From an uncultured delta proteobacterium (lineage in GTDB: Bacteria; Myxococcota_A; UBA9160; UBA4427), in assembly GCA_963822965.1 (NCBI GenBank), contig CAWGJT010000006.1, forward strand, positions 416,001-480,000: a DNA stretch of 64,000 nt, given 5' to 3'. The notes under the pieces were generated by a model. That model worked only from the letters and a program-made list of their open reading frames with translations, was not told the origin of the DNA and did not search any database. Positions 27,881 through 38,641 of the stretch are shown here, piece after piece. Every line of letters begins with the position of its first letter. Position 1 is the stretch's first letter. The position numbers and the translations under genes are program-made.

Positions 27881-30318
27881 TGCTCGTCTCCTACCGCTGG
27901 CTCGCGCGCCACGTGGATCTCGAGGGCATCGACGCCTCGCAGCTCGCGGCGGACCTCACGCTCTCGACCGCCGAGGTCGAAGGCGTGGAGCGCTTCGCCC
28001 CGCAGCTCTCGGACGTGGTGGTGGGGCACGTGGTGGAGCGCGAGCCCCACCCGGACGCGGACAAGCTCTCGGTGTGTCGGGTGGACGTGGGGGCCGCGGG
28101 CGGCGGCGCACCGCTTGCCATCGTGTGCGGCGCGCCGAACGTGGCCCGGGGCCAGAAGGTGGCCGTCGCCGTGGTGGGCACGACCCTCCCCGGCGACTTC
28201 AAGATCAAGCGCTCGAAGATCCGCGGCGTCGAGTCCCTGGGCATGATCTGCTCGCGCAAGGAGCTCGAGATCGGCGACGACCACGACGGCATCTGGGTGC
28301 TGCCCGAGTCCGCCGAGACGGGTCGGCCCGTGGCCGCCGCCCTGGGCGTCGACGACTGGGTGATCGAGATCGACAACAAGTCGCTGACGCACCGACCCGA
28401 CCTCTGGGGCCACCGCGGGATGGCCGGCGAGGTGGCGGCCATCACCCGCCGCGCGCTGCGCCCTCTCGACTGCAGCCTTCCGGCGACGGGTGGCGGCCCG
28501 CCGTTCCCGGTCCGCATCGCGTCCGGAAGCTGCCCTCGCTACCTGGGCCTGCTGATCGAAGGGGCTCGCGCCGACGCGTCCCCCGACTGGCTGCGCTGGC
28601 TGCTGCTCGCCGTGGGACAGCGCCCCATCGACGTGCTGGTCGACCTCTCGAACTTCGTCATGCTCGACCTGGGCCAGCCGAACCACGCGTTCGACGCCTC
28701 GCGGCTCGACGCCGACGGCATCCTCGTGCGCGACGCGCGCCCGGGAGAGAGCCTGACCACCCTCGACGGCGAGGCCCGCCGCCTCGCTCCCGCCGACCTG
28801 CTGATCTGCTCGGGCGACGAGCCGGTCGCCCTCGCCGGCATCATGGGCGGCCTCGCCTCGAAGGTGGGCGGCGACACGAGCCGCCTGCTGCTCGAGGTGG
28901 CGGCGTTCGACGCGCCGACCATCCGGCGCACGTCGGCCCGCCTGGGCCTGCGCACCGATTCGTCCGCGCGCTTCGAGAAGAGCCTGTCGCCCACCCTCGT
29001 CCCCCAGGCGGCGGGACACTTCGCGCGCCTGCTGCACGGCCTGCAGCCCGACGTCGTGTTTCCGGCGCCGCCCACCGACGTGGGCGAGTGGCGGGACCCG
29101 GCGCTGTCCCTGCGGCTGCGTCCGGCCCGGGTGCGCGCGGCGCTGGGCGCCGACGTCCCCGACGAAGAGATCGCCGACATCCTCGAGCGACTGCACTTCG
29201 GCGTCGCGCGGGAGACGGATGCCAGCCTGCGGGTCGACGTGCCCTCGGTGCGCGCCACCAAGGACGTCACCCTCGAGCAGGACCTCGTCGAGGAGATCGG
29301 CCGCATCCACCGCTACGGCAGCATCCCCGAGCAGACCATGCTGGCCGCCGTGGAGCCGCCGCGGACGGACCCGCGGCGCGACCTCGTGCGTCGCATCCAG
29401 GACCGCCTGGCCGGCGCGGCCCGCTTCCACGAGGCGCTCAGCTACTCGTTCGTCTCCGACGCCATCGTCGCGAAGCTCGGCCAGCAGGACCTGCCCCACA
29501 TCATCGTGCGCAACCCCGTCGACCAGGCGGAGTCGCGGGTGCGGCGCTCGGTGCTGCCTTCGCTGCTCGCCGACCTCGAGGCCAACCGCCGCAGCCGGAC
29601 GGACGTGCGCCTCTTCGAGATCGGCAAGGGCTACCGCCCCGAGCACGCCAACGCGCGCGGCGAGCCCGGCGAGGTCCACGAGGTGGCCCTCGTGCACGCA
29701 TCGTCTCCGGACGTGGTGGGAGAGCGCTTCGACGACGATCGCTTCCACCAGCTCCAGGGGGTGGTGACCGACCTGCTCGCCTGGGTGGGGGTTCCGCAGC
29801 CGGTGTGGGACGTTCCCGAGGCGCCGGCACCCGCCTGGGCGCACCCCGCACGCTGCCTGGTGGCACGGGCAGCGGGTGCCGCGCAGCCGCTGGCGACCGT
29901 CGCGAACCTCGAGCCCGGCCTGTGCCGCGCGGTCGGCCTCGGCGGCGACCTCGCCAGCGACGTGGCGGCGGCGGAGATCTCCATCGACGCGCTGCTCGCG
30001 AGCGAGCGGCGCGTCCGGCCCTACCGGCCGATCCCGCGCTACCCCGGCGTGAAGCTCGACGTCGCCGTCGACCTGCCGGAGGCGACCCGCGCCGCCGAGC
30101 TGGTGACGGTGATCGAGGCCGCGGGCCGGGGACAGGTGGCCGGCACCGAGCTCTTCGACGTCTACCGGGGCCGCAACGTCGAGAGCGGCCGCAAGTCCCT
30201 CGCCTATCACGTGCTGCTGCAGTCCGAGGCGAAGACCCTGAGCGACAAGGACCAGGCGAAGTTCCTGAGCCGCCTCGAGAAGGGCCTCGAGGCCATCGAC
30301 GGGCGCCTGCGACGCTGA
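27880..30318 (+). CDS. pheT: Phenylalanine--tRNA ligase beta subunit
   Basis: TGATG coupling to pheS; HPDADKL, CGAPNV, GMICS, RFEK, DLVEEIGR; C-terminal FDX-ACB domain. Confidence 0.98.
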   Translation: MLVSYRWLARHVDLEGIDASQLAADLTLSTAEVEGVERFAPQLSDVVVGHVVEREPHPDADKLSVCRVDVGAAGGGAPLAIVCGAPNVARGQKVAVAVVGTTLPGDFKIKRSKIRGVESLGMICSRKELEIGDDHDGIWVLPESAETGRPVAAALGVDDWVIEIDNKSLTHRPDLWGHRGMAGEVAAITRRALRPLDCSLPATGGGPPFPVRIASGSCPRYLGLLIEGARADASPDWLRWLLLAVGQRPIDVLVDLSNFVMLDLGQPNHAFDASRLDADGILVRDARPGESLTTLDGEARRLAPADLLICSGDEPVALAGIMGGLASKVGGDTSRLLLEVAAFDAPTIRRTSARLGLRTDSSARFEKSLSPTLVPQAAGHFARLLHGLQPDVVFPAPPTDVGEWRDPALSLRLRPARVRAALGADVPDEEIADILERLHFGVARETDASLRVDVPSVRATKDVTLEQDLVEEIGRIHRYGSIPEQTMLAAVEPPRTDPRRDLVRRIQDRLAGAARFHEALSYSFVSDAIVAKLGQQDLPHIIVRNPVDQAESRVRRSVLPSLLADLEANRRSRTDVRLFEIGKGYRPEHANARGEPGEVHEVALVHASSPDVVGERFDDDRFHQLQGVVTDLLAWVGVPQPVWDVPEAPAPAWAHPARCLVARAAGAAQPLATVANLEPGLCRAVGLGGDLASDVAAAEISIDALLASERRVRPYRPIPRYPGVKLDVAVDLPEATRAAELVTVIEAAGRGQVAGTELFDVYRGRNVESGRKSLAYHVLLQSEAKTLSDKDQAKFLSRLEKGLEAIDGRLRR

Positions 30319-30343
30319 GCGCGAAACCACGGAGGCCGTGCGC

Positions 30344-31126
<783 letters not shown>

Positions 31127-31240
31127 GCCCCGGCCAGGCCGAGGCGGCCGGCCAGGGGGCTGGCCGACACCAGACAGGCGTCGGGCTCCACGCCGAAGAA
31201 GCCCGCCCAGAACGAGTCGATCGGCCGGGCGGCCGGTACG

Positions 31241-33994
31241 TCAGGCCAGCATGGAGAGGGTCAGCTTGCGCTGGCGCTCCCGGACCAGGTCCGGCGACTC
31301 CTCCTCGAACACCTCGTCGGGCTCGATGCGGAAGATGGGCTGGCCGGCCTTCACGATGGCGCCGTCGGAGTCCTTCATGAGGTTCTCGACGATGGTGCCC
31401 GAACACGGCGCCAGCACCTTGTTGAACATCTTCATCACCTCGATGACGAAGAGGGGCTGCCCGGCCTCGAAGTGGTCTCCCGCTTCGATCAGCAGGGGCA
31501 GTTGCGGGGCCTCCCGGCCGTAGAAGGCTCCCCCGCTGGGCGCCACGATCTCGTTCGGGCTCGCCTTCGGCGGCGGCGCCAGCAGCCGGGTGAGCGACTC
31601 CACCTCGGAGGACTCGGAGCCCGGCCGGAAGCGCTCGGGAAACACGGGCTCCAGCGCCGCGTCGACGCCCACCTCGAGGAAGCCCGCCCGCAGCCCCAGG
31701 CGGGGGATCAGGAGCAAGAGCTCCAGCCCGATCTGGAAGCCCCGGTGCGCAGCCACGCAGCGCGGCCACAGGGCGGTGTCGGGACCCGCGAAGGCGTCCG
31801 GCGGCCCGCCGGCGAGGATCGCCTGGAGGCTGTCCCAGTCCTTCGCACCGGTTCGCAGCTGCAGCTCACCGTAGAAGTCGAGGGCACCGCGGAGCTGGTC
31901 CCAGTCGTCCTCCCAGATCATCTCCGAGGGCGGCTTGGTCTCGGTGAAGTCCATGTCCAGGTAGTGGTACAGCTCGCGCAGGAAGACCACCGGGTTGTCG
32001 GCGAAGCGGACCGCCTCCTCCTCGACGGTCCACAGGCGCCCGCCGTGGCGCCCGAGGAATCCCGCCATGGCGTGCGGGTCCCGCAGCAGCCGTCCGACGG
32101 GGCGCAGCAGCAGCGTCTCCTTGGCCGCGAAGGCCGCCCGTGCGTCCCGATCCTTCAGCGACGCCAGCATCTCGGCGGCCGCGATCTCGAGATCGACGTC
32201 CCGCGCCAGCTCCTGGAGCGCACCCACCGCGGCCAGCCAGCGCGTCAGGAAGCCGGTGTCCGGCTTCAGCATCGGCTCGACGCCGAGCAGCCAGTTGATG
32301 AGGCCGTACTGCACCCCGAGATTGGTGCGCAGGTCCTTACCGCGCAGGGCCATCTGGCGGAGGATCTCGGCCAGGCGCGCGAGGTTGTCGGCCCGGGAGG
32401 AACCGTCCGTCAGGATGAGGGCGATGTTCGAGTCGTAGGCGCCGGCCAGGTTGTAGTAGACGAACGACCCCGTGTCGGGATTCCGGGTGCCGATGCCCTG
32501 GTCGTCGCGGATCTCGTAGTCGAGCGCCTTCGACCAGCTCCGGATCATGCCGCCGGCGTGGGGCTTCAGGGCGTCGTTCGTGGCGTTCATCCGGATCTCG
32601 GCGCCGGAGACCTCGCGCGGCACGCGTTCGGGTCGGGGCAGCCGCGCACCGTGCAGCTCGACGAGCACCATCGCCTCGATCAGCCGGTCGACGTAGAAGT
32701 ACTCGTCGGAATCGTCGGGATTCGTGAACTTGAGCCGATAGACGAGCTCGGTCACCCCGTGCTCGACCTGGATGCGCGTGTTCATCTCCATGAAGAAGTG
32801 GTCGAAGCCCTCGACGATGCACTCGAAGGTGGAGACGCTGTCGAGGCCCACGCCAAGGCCGAAGCGCTCGCCGTCCGTCTCCATGCGGCCGAGGGTCTCG
32901 CGGTCGGCCTTCAGGGTCTTCGCCGCCTTCCCCCGGTAGCCGGAGAGGGCCTCGTCCAGGAGCTCGCGGTTCAGCGAGAACTCGAGCTGCTTCTGCTCGT
33001 GCATCTGGATGGAGCAGTCACGGCCGCCGAGGGAGATGCACCACTCCCCGTTGCCCAGGAGCTGGATCTCGTTGTGCCGCGTCTTCTCCAGGTTGAGCTC
33101 GATCAGGAAGTTCCGGTTCGAGCCCGGCGCCGTGACCTTCTGCTCGGCAATCACGCCCATCACCGCCGCGGCCACCTCGCCCGGCCCGGCCACCACGCGC
33201 TGCCCCTTGCCGCCGCCGCCGCCGATCGCCTTGAAGCGGATGCGCGACTTCGGATACTGCGCCCAGATCTCGCGGCTCTGCGCCTCGGCCTCGGCCTGCA
33301 GCTCGGCGATCGTCACGAGCTCGACGCTCCGATCGTAGCCGGACTGCAGCAGGGCCTCGGCGTTGTCCTCGAGGGAGAGCCCGTCGTTCCACGCGAACGC
33401 GAGCTCGTGCTGCGCGGCCAGGGACTCGAGCGCCGCACGGTCGCCGGCCTTGCGGGTGAGGGCCAGGGCCGAGACGTTGTCCACGCCCGGGATCACCGCG
33501 TTGCCCAGCCGGCGCGCCAGCTTCTTGGCCTCGTCCTTGGCGCCCGCGAGGCGGACCGTGTGGGACGAAGGACCGATGAAGCGCAGCCCCGCGTCCTCGA
33601 TCGCCTGGATGAAGTCCACGTCCTCGGCCATGAAGCCGTAGCCGGCGAAGAGGTGCGTGTAGCCGTGGCTCTTCGCGATGCCGATGATCTCGCGGATGCG
33701 CGCGACCTTCTCGTCCTGCCCCGAGCCCATGTAGTCCTCGACCCGGTGGACGTTGTGCGGGAAGCGGAGATCCCGGAGCTCGGGGGCAAGGCAGCGCGGA
33801 TAGACGACCGAGTCCTTCTCGGACAGCAGCATTCCGTACTCGCCGACGCCGATCTGGTCGAAGACCTCGAAGGCCTCCTTGCGGACCGGGCCGCGGCACA
33901 CGACGAGGCACTTGACGCGCTTCAAGGTGAACGAGCGCAGCCACGCCGAGCCGGCTTCGTGGAAGGGGACGACCTCGAGGTCCGGGGTCAGCAC
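31241..33994 (-). CDS. Biotin carboxylase fused to biotin carboxyl carrier domain (acyl-CoA carboxylase alpha-type, 917 aa)
   Basis: GTG overlaps the upstream TAG. AGYGFMAE, GGGGKG, GRDCSIQ, EMNTRIQVEH; biotinylation motif EVMKM. Confidence 0.9.
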   Translation of the reverse strand: MLTPDLEVVPFHEAGSAWLRSFTLKRVKCLVVCRGPVRKEAFEVFDQIGVGEYGMLLSEKDSVVYPRCLAPELRDLRFPHNVHRVEDYMGSGQDEKVARIREIIGIAKSHGYTHLFAGYGFMAEDVDFIQAIEDAGLRFIGPSSHTVRLAGAKDEAKKLARRLGNAVIPGVDNVSALALTRKAGDRAALESLAAQHELAFAWNDGLSLEDNAEALLQSGYDRSVELVTIAELQAEAEAQSREIWAQYPKSRIRFKAIGGGGGKGQRVVAGPGEVAAAVMGVIAEQKVTAPGSNRNFLIELNLEKTRHNEIQLLGNGEWCISLGGRDCSIQMHEQKQLEFSLNRELLDEALSGYRGKAAKTLKADRETLGRMETDGERFGLGVGLDSVSTFECIVEGFDHFFMEMNTRIQVEHGVTELVYRLKFTNPDDSDEYFYVDRLIEAMVLVELHGARLPRPERVPREVSGAEIRMNATNDALKPHAGGMIRSWSKALDYEIRDDQGIGTRNPDTGSFVYYNLAGAYDSNIALILTDGSSRADNLARLAEILRQMALRGKDLRTNLGVQYGLINWLLGVEPMLKPDTGFLTRWLAAVGALQELARDVDLEIAAAEMLASLKDRDARAAFAAKETLLLRPVGRLLRDPHAMAGFLGRHGGRLWTVEEEAVRFADNPVVFLRELYHYLDMDFTETKPPSEMIWEDDWDQLRGALDFYGELQLRTGAKDWDSLQAILAGGPPDAFAGPDTALWPRCVAAHRGFQIGLELLLLIPRLGLRAGFLEVGVDAALEPVFPERFRPGSESSEVESLTRLLAPPPKASPNEIVAPSGGAFYGREAPQLPLLIEAGDHFEAGQPLFVIEVMKMFNKVLAPCSGTIVENLMKDSDGAIVKAGQPIFRIEPDEVFEEESPDLVRERQRKLTLSMLA

Positions 33995-35673
33995 TACTCG
34001 TGCTCCCGCTGCACGCCGCCCATCGGGGCGGGCTGGTAGGTCCGCATCAGGAAGCCCAGGTGGGAGGCCAGCACGCGCCGACTCTCGCCCGGCATCACGA
34101 TGCTCGAGACGGAGCCGAGGGACAGCGCCTCCTTCGGGTTCATGAGCGCTTCTTCGTAGCGGGCGGTGAGTGCGGAGCGGCCCTCGTCGAGCTTGCGATG
34201 GGCCTGCTTGTCGCCCTGCTTCACCGCCGCCGCGTACTCGTTCTCGAGCTTGCGCACCTCGTCCTTGTAGACGAACTCCACGCCACCGCCGGGGCCCATC
34301 ACGGCCACGCGGGCCATCGGCATGGCGAAGACGCGATCGGCGCCGGTGTAGTGGGAGTTGTAGGCCGCGTAGGCGCCGCCGAAGGCGTTGCGGATGATCA
34401 TCGTGATGCGCGGGGTGCGGATGTCGATGATGGCGTCGAGGAGCTTGCGGCCCCTGAGGATGATCCCGCGCCGCTCCTGCTCGGTGCCCGGCAGGAAGCC
34501 CGTGGTGTCCTCGAGGAAGATCAGCGGGATGTTGTAGATGTTGCAGAAGCGGATGAAGCGGGTGGCCTTGGCGGCCGCGTCGACGTCGATCTGCCCGGAG
34601 GCCTCGGCGGAGTTGTTCGCGACGAATCCCACCACCCAGCCGCCGAGGCGGCCGAAGGCCGTCACCATGTTGCGCGCGCGCTGGGGCTGCAGCTCGAAGT
34701 ACTCCCCGTGATCGACGATCTGCTGGAGGTAGAGGGTGATGTCGAACGGGGCGTTCATACCGGCCGGGCCGCCGAAGGTGCGCCGGAAGAGCAGGTCCTC
34801 CTCCACGGTGTAGCGCCCCACCGGATCCGAGGTCTGCTTGAAGGGAGAGAGGACGCGGTTGTTGTCGGGCAGGTAGGTGAGCAGGCGTGCCGCGGTGCGC
34901 AGGGAGCCGAGCTCGTCGTCCGTGACGAGGTCGCACACGCCGTTCATGCCGTGGACGCCCGGGCCGCCCAGGTCGTCGGCGGACACGGTCTCGCCCAGCG
35001 CCGACTTGACCACACCGGGCCCCGTGAGGCCGATGAAGGTGTCCTCGCACTGGATCATGAACGATCCCTGGCGCGGCAGGTAGGCGCCGCCGCCGGCGTT
35101 GTAGCCGAACATCAGGCTGATGCTGGGGACCACGCCGCTGATCTTGCGCAGGGCCGTGAACGCCTCGCTGTAGCCGTCGAGCCCCCCGACGCCCGCGGGC
35201 ACGAAGGCCCCGGCGGAGTCGTTCATGCCGATGAGCGGGATGCCCCGCTCCGCCGCCATGTAGATGATGCGCGCGAGCTTGTCGCCGTTGGTGGCGTCCA
35301 TCGAGCCGGCGCGCACGGTGAAGTCGTGTCCGTAGACGGCCACGTCGCGCCCGTCCATCTCGAGGATGCCGGTGATGATGGAGGCCCCGTCCAGGGAGGG
35401 CCCCCAGTTGTGCCACAGGATGTTCGGCTCGCGGCGGGTCAGGACCTTGATCCGCTCCCACACGGTCATGCGGTTCTTGGCGTGCTGCACCCGGACCCGG
35501 GCGGGACCGCCTCCCCGGTAGGGACGCTCGGCGAGCTCGCGGGCCTCCTCGAGGGCGCGGTCGTAGAGTCCATGGTGGCGATGGGTGGACGCCGGGCTCT
35601 CGGCGGGCACGGTCGTCACCGGTCCGGCCAGCCGGGCCAGGGGGTTCTCTAGGCTGTACGAGGGTGTCGTCAT
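33994..35673 (-). CDS. Acyl-CoA carboxylase carboxyltransferase subunit
   Basis: [35 protein letters not shown]. Confidence 0.92.
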   Translation of the reverse strand: MTTPSYSLENPLARLAGPVTTVPAESPASTHRHHGLYDRALEEARELAERPYRGGGPARVRVQHAKNRMTVWERIKVLTRREPNILWHNWGPSLDGASIITGILEMDGRDVAVYGHDFTVRAGSMDATNGDKLARIIYMAAERGIPLIGMNDSAGAFVPAGVGGLDGYSEAFTALRKISGVVPSISLMFGYNAGGGAYLPRQGSFMIQCEDTFIGLTGPGVVKSALGETVSADDLGGPGVHGMNGVCDLVTDDELGSLRTAARLLTYLPDNNRVLSPFKQTSDPVGRYTVEEDLLFRRTFGGPAGMNAPFDITLYLQQIVDHGEYFELQPQRARNMVTAFGRLGGWVVGFVANNSAEASGQIDVDAAAKATRFIRFCNIYNIPLIFLEDTTGFLPGTEQERRGIILRGRKLLDAIIDIRTPRITMIIRNAFGGAYAAYNSHYTGADRVFAMPMARVAVMGPGGGVEFVYKDEVRKLENEYAAAVKQGDKQAHRKLDEGRSALTARYEEALMNPKEALSLGSVSSIVMPGESRRVLASHLGFLMRTYQPAPMGGVQREHE

Positions 35674-35947
35674 GGGTGGCTGGAGGATCGTCTCGTCATG
35701 CTCGTCGGTGGCGGGACGACGGCTGGACCGGGGTCCGCCGCGGGCTCTCTCGCGAGACCTGCTCTCGCGGAACTTTGTCTGAGGATCGACAGGCAGGCTC
35801 CCGGCCCGCCCGGCTCGGCGATACTACCCGCAAAACCGGGCTCGAGCGAGGCGCCGACCCCGCGGGAGACCCGCCTCGCCGGGGGCAGAGCCCCGCTCCG
35901 AAGCTCCATCGGCACCCCGCCCGTCCACCCGGGGAGGACCCCACGCG

Positions 35948-36358
35948 ATGCAAGTCACCGCGATCTACCACCTGGCCCCCACCTCCGAGCTCCGCTCCGG
36001 CGTGGCCGGCGACGCCTACCGGCCCCGCAACCTGGCCGCGGACGGCTTCGTCCACTGCGCGGGAAGCCCCGAGGTCGCGCTGGCCGTCGCCGGCGACTAC
36101 TTCGGCGATCTCGCGGAACCGCTCATCGCGCTGGTGATCGATCCCGGGCGTCTCGGCGCCGAGCTCCGCTTCGAGGCGCCGGCGCCCCGGCCCGGCGGCG
36201 GCCGCGCGCATCTGGCGCGCGCCGACCTGTTTCCCCACGTGTACGGTGCCATCGACCGCGCGGCGATCCGGGAGGCCGGCCGGCTCGGACGAGACGCCGC
36301 CGGCTATCGCTGGCCCGAACGCTTCGAGCCCCTGGAGAAGCTCCTGGCAGGCCGGTGA
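35948..36358 (+). CDS. DUF952 family protein
   Basis: IYHL, DGFVHC, LRFE, FPHVYG. Confidence 0.85.
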   Translation: MQVTAIYHLAPTSELRSGVAGDAYRPRNLAADGFVHCAGSPEVALAVAGDYFGDLAEPLIALVIDPGRLGAELRFEAPAPRPGGGRAHLARADLFPHVYGAIDRAAIREAGRLGRDAAGYRWPERFEPLEKLLAGR

Positions 36359-36379
36359 GGCGCTCCGCCGGCGGGACGC

Positions 36380-37654
36380 CTATTCGTCGGGAACCCCGAA
36401 GCGCGTCTGATACGCACGCAGGCTGCGGCGGCGCTCGGCCGCGTCGAGCCCGAAGTCCTCGAGGCGATAGTCGATGGTCCCGTGCCGGCCGCGGGGGTTG
36501 GCGTCCTGGTAGGCCCGCACCCGCGCCAGCGCGGCTTCGCCGCCGGGCTGACCGGCAAACTCGTAGATGCGCGCCACGGACCCCACCTCGTCGGCCATGA
36601 ACTCGTGGAAGCGGAGGTCCATCGCCTGCTCGGGCGGGATGCGGTCACGATCCCGCAGCGAGGCCAGCAACAGGTCTTCGATCCGCGCCGCCCAGTAGGC
36701 GCCCACCGCCCGCGGATCGATGTGGCGTGTGCCCATGCGGAGCCCGTAGGTGCCCAGGGTGCAGAACGACGCGGTCACCCGGACGGGATCGCGGTGGGTC
36801 TGGATGATCTTCGCGTCCGGGAAGACGGCGAGCAACGGCCCGATCTGCTCCAGGTGCTGCGGGGACTTCAGCACCCAGCGGCGCGGGCGCCCGTCCTGCC
36901 ACTGCAGCACCTGGAGCAGGCGCCGCAGCCCCCGATAGGCGTGGGTCTGATCGCTGGCCTTGTACCAGTCCCGGTAGCTCGGCACCTGGTAGCTGCTCTC
37001 GAAGAGCATCGTCGAGATCTCCACCGCCAGCAGCTGGATCTCCTCGTGGCGCGACGTCGGGGTCATCTCGTGCATCAGCGGGAAGAGCGGCATCACCCGG
37101 TGCAGGAAGTCGAGGCCACGCGCACAGCGGGCGAAGCGAGGGTCGTCCTCGGCCCGGCGGGCCGCGGCGCTCCCCCGCTCGGGCAGCGGATCCGGAATCG
37201 GCTCCAGGCTCTCCCAGTACGGCAGGCTGCGCAGGGACGGGTCGCTCGAGAGAAGGTTGTGGAGGTGGGTGGTTCCGGTCCGGGGCAGCCCCATCACGAT
37301 GATGGGCGACACCACCGGCTCCTCCTCGATCTCCGGATGGCGCCGCAGGAGCGCGAGGAGCCGCAGCCGCGTCACGAGCAGGCCGTGCAGGAGCTGGCGG
37401 GCCCCGAAGCGACCGAACGGCGTGAGCCGGGCCTCGGCTTCGAGGGCGCGCAGCAGCACCGAGAGCGGCTCGCGGAAGGTCTCGTCGCCGAAGTCGTCGA
37501 GGCCGGTATGCCGACGGGCCGAGGCCAGCAGCGCCGCTTCGTCCAGCCGCAGGAGCGACCCGGCCAGGGGCGTGGCGAGCGCGTTCCCGGCGCGCAGCAG
37601 CCAGGGCACCTGCGGGCTCGCGAGGTCGTCGATGTGGATCGCTTCGGAACTCAT
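36380..37654 (-). CDS. Sulfotransferase family protein
   Basis: GLPRTGTTHL PAPS-binding loop, WVLKSPQH, THRDP. Confidence 0.9.
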   Translation of the reverse strand: MSSEAIHIDDLASPQVPWLLRAGNALATPLAGSLLRLDEAALLASARRHTGLDDFGDETFREPLSVLLRALEAEARLTPFGRFGARQLLHGLLVTRLRLLALLRRHPEIEEEPVVSPIIVMGLPRTGTTHLHNLLSSDPSLRSLPYWESLEPIPDPLPERGSAAARRAEDDPRFARCARGLDFLHRVMPLFPLMHEMTPTSRHEEIQLLAVEISTMLFESSYQVPSYRDWYKASDQTHAYRGLRRLLQVLQWQDGRPRRWVLKSPQHLEQIGPLLAVFPDAKIIQTHRDPVRVTASFCTLGTYGLRMGTRHIDPRAVGAYWAARIEDLLLASLRDRDRIPPEQAMDLRFHEFMADEVGSVARIYEFAGQPGGEAALARVRAYQDANPRGRHGTIDYRLEDFGLDAAERRRSLRAYQTRFGVPDE

Positions 37655-37738
37655 GATCGGGGTCGGGTAGCTTAGAGCCCCTGCTGCGAAGCCGCTCCGT
37701 CGCGTCTTCGCCGGATGGGCTCCCGGTCAGGACTTCCG

Positions 37739-38641
37739 ATGGCGCGATCCACACTCCCCCTCGACCGGCTCGCCGTGCTCGGCGCCGCGTTCCTGTTCGC
37801 GACCGGGGGCACGGTGATCAAGGCCACGAGCCTGTCGGGCTTCCAGGTGGCGGGCGGCCGCTCGCTGCTGGCGGCGGTCGTGCTGTGGCTGCTGCTGCCA
37901 CGCTGGCGCGCCTTCTGGCGGCCCCGGGCCCTCGGGGTCGGTCTCGCCTACGGGACCACCCTCGTGCTCTACACCCTGGCCAACAAGCTCACCACCGCCG
38001 CCAACGCCATCTTCCTGCAGTCGACGGCGCCTCTCTACGTGCTGGCGCTCGGGCCGTGGCTGCTGCACGAACGCAGCCGGCGCAGCGACGTGCTGCTGAC
38101 GAGCGTGCTGCTGCTCGGCATGGCGCTCTTCTTCGTGGGCCACGAGGCGCCGGCCGCCACCGCTCCGGATCCGGGCCTGGGCAACTTCGTGGCGGCGGCG
38201 TCCGGTCTCTCCTGGGCCTTCACCCTGGTGGGCCTGCGTTGGATGGCCCGCGCCGAGGCGGGAAGCGACCCGGGCGCCGAAGCGGGCGCCGCCGTGGTCG
38301 CGGGCAACCTGCTGGCCTTCGCGGTCTGCCTGCCGTTCGCGCTCCCCCTGCCCCCGCCGCATCTCCTCGACGGGCTGCTGGTGGGCTACCTGGGCGTGTT
38401 CCAGATCGGCCTCGCCTACGTGCTGATGACCCGGGGGCTCGCCCGGGTCCCGGCCCTGGAGGCGTCCCTGCTGCTGCTGCTCGAGCCGGTGCTGAACGCG
38501 CTCCTCGCCTGGTGGGTGCACGGAGAGCGGCCCGGCGCCTTCGCGCTGGCGGGCTGCGCGGTGATCGGGGTGACGACCGTCGCCCGGACCTGGCTCGCGG
38601 GACGACGCCTGGCGCTCGCGAGCGCGGGCCCCCTCAGTTGA
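37739..38641 (+). CDS. EamA/DMT family transporter
   Basis: About 10 TM segments; ANAIFLQSTAP, LLEPVLN, GERP. Confidence 0.9.
   Translation: MARSTLPLDRLAVLGAAFLFATGGTVIKATSLSGFQVAGGRSLLAAVVLWLLLPRWRAFWRPRALGVGLAYGTTLVLYTLANKLTTAANAIFLQSTAPLYVLALGPWLLHERSRRSDVLLTSVLLLGMALFFVGHEAPAATAPDPGLGNFVAAASGLSWAFTLVGLRWMARAEAGSDPGAEAGAAVVAGNLLAFAVCLPFALPLPPPHLLDGLLVGYLGVFQIGLAYVLMTRGLARVPALEASLLLLLEPVLNALLAWWVHGERPGAFALAGCAVIGVTTVARTWLAGRRLALASAGPLS

Noticed and set aside
31159..31190. Possible fourth copy of the dumbbell repeat (GCTGGCCGA...CGTCGGGCTCC); also a 13-nt match near 48017
   Set aside because: Short GC-rich matches without the TTGCGnCGC centre; not distinguishable from chance by eye.
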